Below the pieces are notes generated by a model. That model was not told the DNA's origin. It was given only the letters and a program-made list of their open reading frames with translations, and did not search any database. The translations under genes were made by a program, and so were the position numbers. This document shows, one piece after another, positions 62,451-64,000 of a stretch of DNA of 64,000 nucleotides. The DNA is from Eledone cirrhosa. Taxonomy: Eukaryota. Where the stretch lies: assembly GCA_964016885.1 (NCBI GenBank), contig OZ024744.1, positions 5,146,001 through 5,210,000 of the forward strand, in the 5' to 3' direction. Numbering within the stretch: position 1 is the first letter of the stretch; every line of letters begins with the position of its first letter.

Positions 62451-64000
62451 ATCTTGGTAGACAGTGGTGTTGGTAGCAGAGGTCTATGTTGGTAGACAGT
62501 GGTGTTGGTAGCAGAGGTATATCTTGGTAGGCAGTGGTGTTGGTAGCAGAGCTCTATCTTGGTAGACAGTGGTGTTGGTAGCAGAGGTCTATCTTGGTAG
62601 ACAGTGGTGTTGGTAGCAGAGGTCTATGTTAGTAGAAAGTGAGGTTGGTAGCAGAGGTCTATCTTGGTAGACAGTGAGGGTGGTAGCAGAGGTCTATCTT
62701 GGTAAACAGAGGTGTTGGTAGCAGAGGTCTATCTTGGTAGACAGTGAGGTTGGTATCAGAGGTCTATCTTGGTAGACAGTGAGGTTGGTAGCAGAGGTCT
62801 ATGTTGGTAGACAGTGGTGTTGGTAGCATAGGTCTATCTTGGTAGACAGTGGTGTTGGTAGCAGAGGTCTATGTTGGTAGACAGTGGTGTTGGTAGTAGA
62901 GGTCTATCTTGGTAGACAGTGGTGTTGGTAGCAGATGTCTATCTTGATAGACAGTGGTGTTGGTAGCAGAGGTCTATCCTGGTAGACAGTGGTGTTGGTA
63001 GCAAATATCTATCTTGGTAGACAGTGGTGTTGGTAGCAGAGGTCTATGTTGGTAGACAGTGGTATTGGTAGCAGAGGTCTATCTTGGTAGACAGTGGTGT
63101 TGGTAGCAGAGGTCTATCTTGGTAGACAGTGGTGTTGGTAGCAGAGGTCTATCTTGGTAGACAGTGGTGTTGGTAGCAGAGGTCTATCTTGGTAGACAGT
63201 GGTGTTGGTAGCAGAGGTCTATGTTGGTAGACAGTGAGGTTGGTAGCAGAGGTCTATGTTGGTAGACAGTGGTGTTGGTAGCAGAGGTCTATCTTGGTAG
63301 ACAGTGGTGTTGGTAGAAGAGGTCTATGTTGGTAGACAGTGAGGTTGGTAGCAGAGGTCTATCTTGGTAGACAGTGAAGTTGGTAGCAGAGGTCTATCTT
63401 GGTAGACAGTGAGGGTGGTAGCAGAGGTCTATCTTGGTAGACAGTGGTGTTCGTAGCAGAGGTCTATCTTGGTAGACAGTGGTGTTGGTAGCAGAGGTCT
63501 AACTTGGTAGACAGTGAGGTTGGTAGCAGAGGTCTATCTTGGTAGACAGTGGTGTTGGTAGCAGAGCTCTATCTTGGTAGACAGTGGGGTGGGTAGCAGA
63601 GGTCTATGTTGGTAGACAGTGGTGTTGGTAGCAGAGGTCTATGTTGGTAGACAGTGGTGTTGGTAGCAGAGGTCTATGTTGGTAGACAGTGGTGTTGGTA
63701 GCAGAGGTTAATCTTGGTAGACAGTGGTGTTGGTAGCAGAGATCTATCTTGGTAGACAGTAGTGTTGGTAGCAGAGGTCTATGTTGGTAGACAGTGGTGT
63801 TTGTAGCAGAGGTCTATGTTGGTAGACAGTGGTGTTGGAAGCAGAGGTCTATCTTAGTAGACAGTGGTGTTGGTACTGAGGTCTATGTTGGTAGACAGTG
63901 AGGTTGGTAGCAGAGGTCTATATTGGTAGACAGTGAGGTTGGTAGCAGAGGTATATCTTGGTAGACAGTGAGGTTGGTAGCAGAGCTCTATCTTGGTAGA

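Larger units (their letters stand above)
1..64000. repeat. 35-bp tandem satellite/minisatellite array, ~1,830 monomers, consensus TTGGTAGCAGAGGTCTATCTTGGTAGACAGTGGTG, open at both window ends
   Basis: Seen directly: the motif recurs every 35 bp (e.g. CAGTG/AAGTG at 61, 96, 131, 166, 201) from the first line to the last. Most monomers differ from the consensus by 0-2 substitutions, with occasional 34-bp copies. No non-repeat sequence or inverted segment was seen. Copy number is estimated as 64,000/35. Confidence 0.99.

Noticed and set aside
1-64000. CRISPR array (35-bp repeat with an internal hairpin)
   Set aside because: The monomers abut directly with no unique spacers, and there is no leader or cas gene in the window.
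1-64000. Giant repetitive protein gene on either strand
   Set aside because: The period is not a multiple of 3. The + strand has two TAG triplets per monomer and the - strand one, so every frame is stopped at least about every 105 bp. Variants show no sign of codon-position bias.
1-64000. Telomerase-synthesised telomeric repeat
   Set aside because: The G/T bias is suggestive, but there is no canonical motif such as TTAGGG or TTAGG. Variants are inherited in multi-kb duplicated blocks, which fits recombination or replication-based amplification rather than copying from one RNA template.
1-64000. Rolling-circle or concatemer sequencing artefact
   Set aside because: Variants are not random errors. 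They recur in ordered, nested blocks at several different periods with lineage-specific changes. Misassembly of individual large blocks remains possible.
1-64000. A single regular higher-order repeat period as in primate alpha satellite
   Set aside because: Marker spacings vary (175, 245, 280, 700-805, 2658, ~4000, 16124, ~17900 bp). The structure is nested and irregular rather than one fixed n-mer.

Overview
The whole 64 kb window is one uninterrupted head-to-tail tandem array of a 35-bp monomer, consensus TTGGTAGCAGAGGTCTATCTTGGTAGACAGTGGTG. It holds about 1,830 copies, all in the same orientation, and runs off both ends of the window. I see no unique sequence, credible gene, RNA gene, transposon insertion or CRISPR spacer. 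The single listed ORF is a by-product of translating the repeat. The information here lies in the order of variant monomers. Rare variants reveal nested duplications: a ~6.1 kb block copied at an offset of 16,124 bp, a near-tandem ~17.5-18.5 kb duplication filling most of the right 60% of the window, ~4.0 kb and ~2.66 kb tandem units, many 140-805 bp local duplications, and one apparent gene-conversion patch. The monomer is itself a diverged dimer (19+16 bp), contains an imperfect palindrome and is strongly G/T-skewed on the + strand. This is most consistent with eukaryotic satellite/minisatellite DNA. I cannot assign the organism, repeat family or chromosomal location from the sequence, and I found no evidence of a novel gene-encoded system. 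Block boundaries were traced by eye from marker variants and are approximate to a few monomers.
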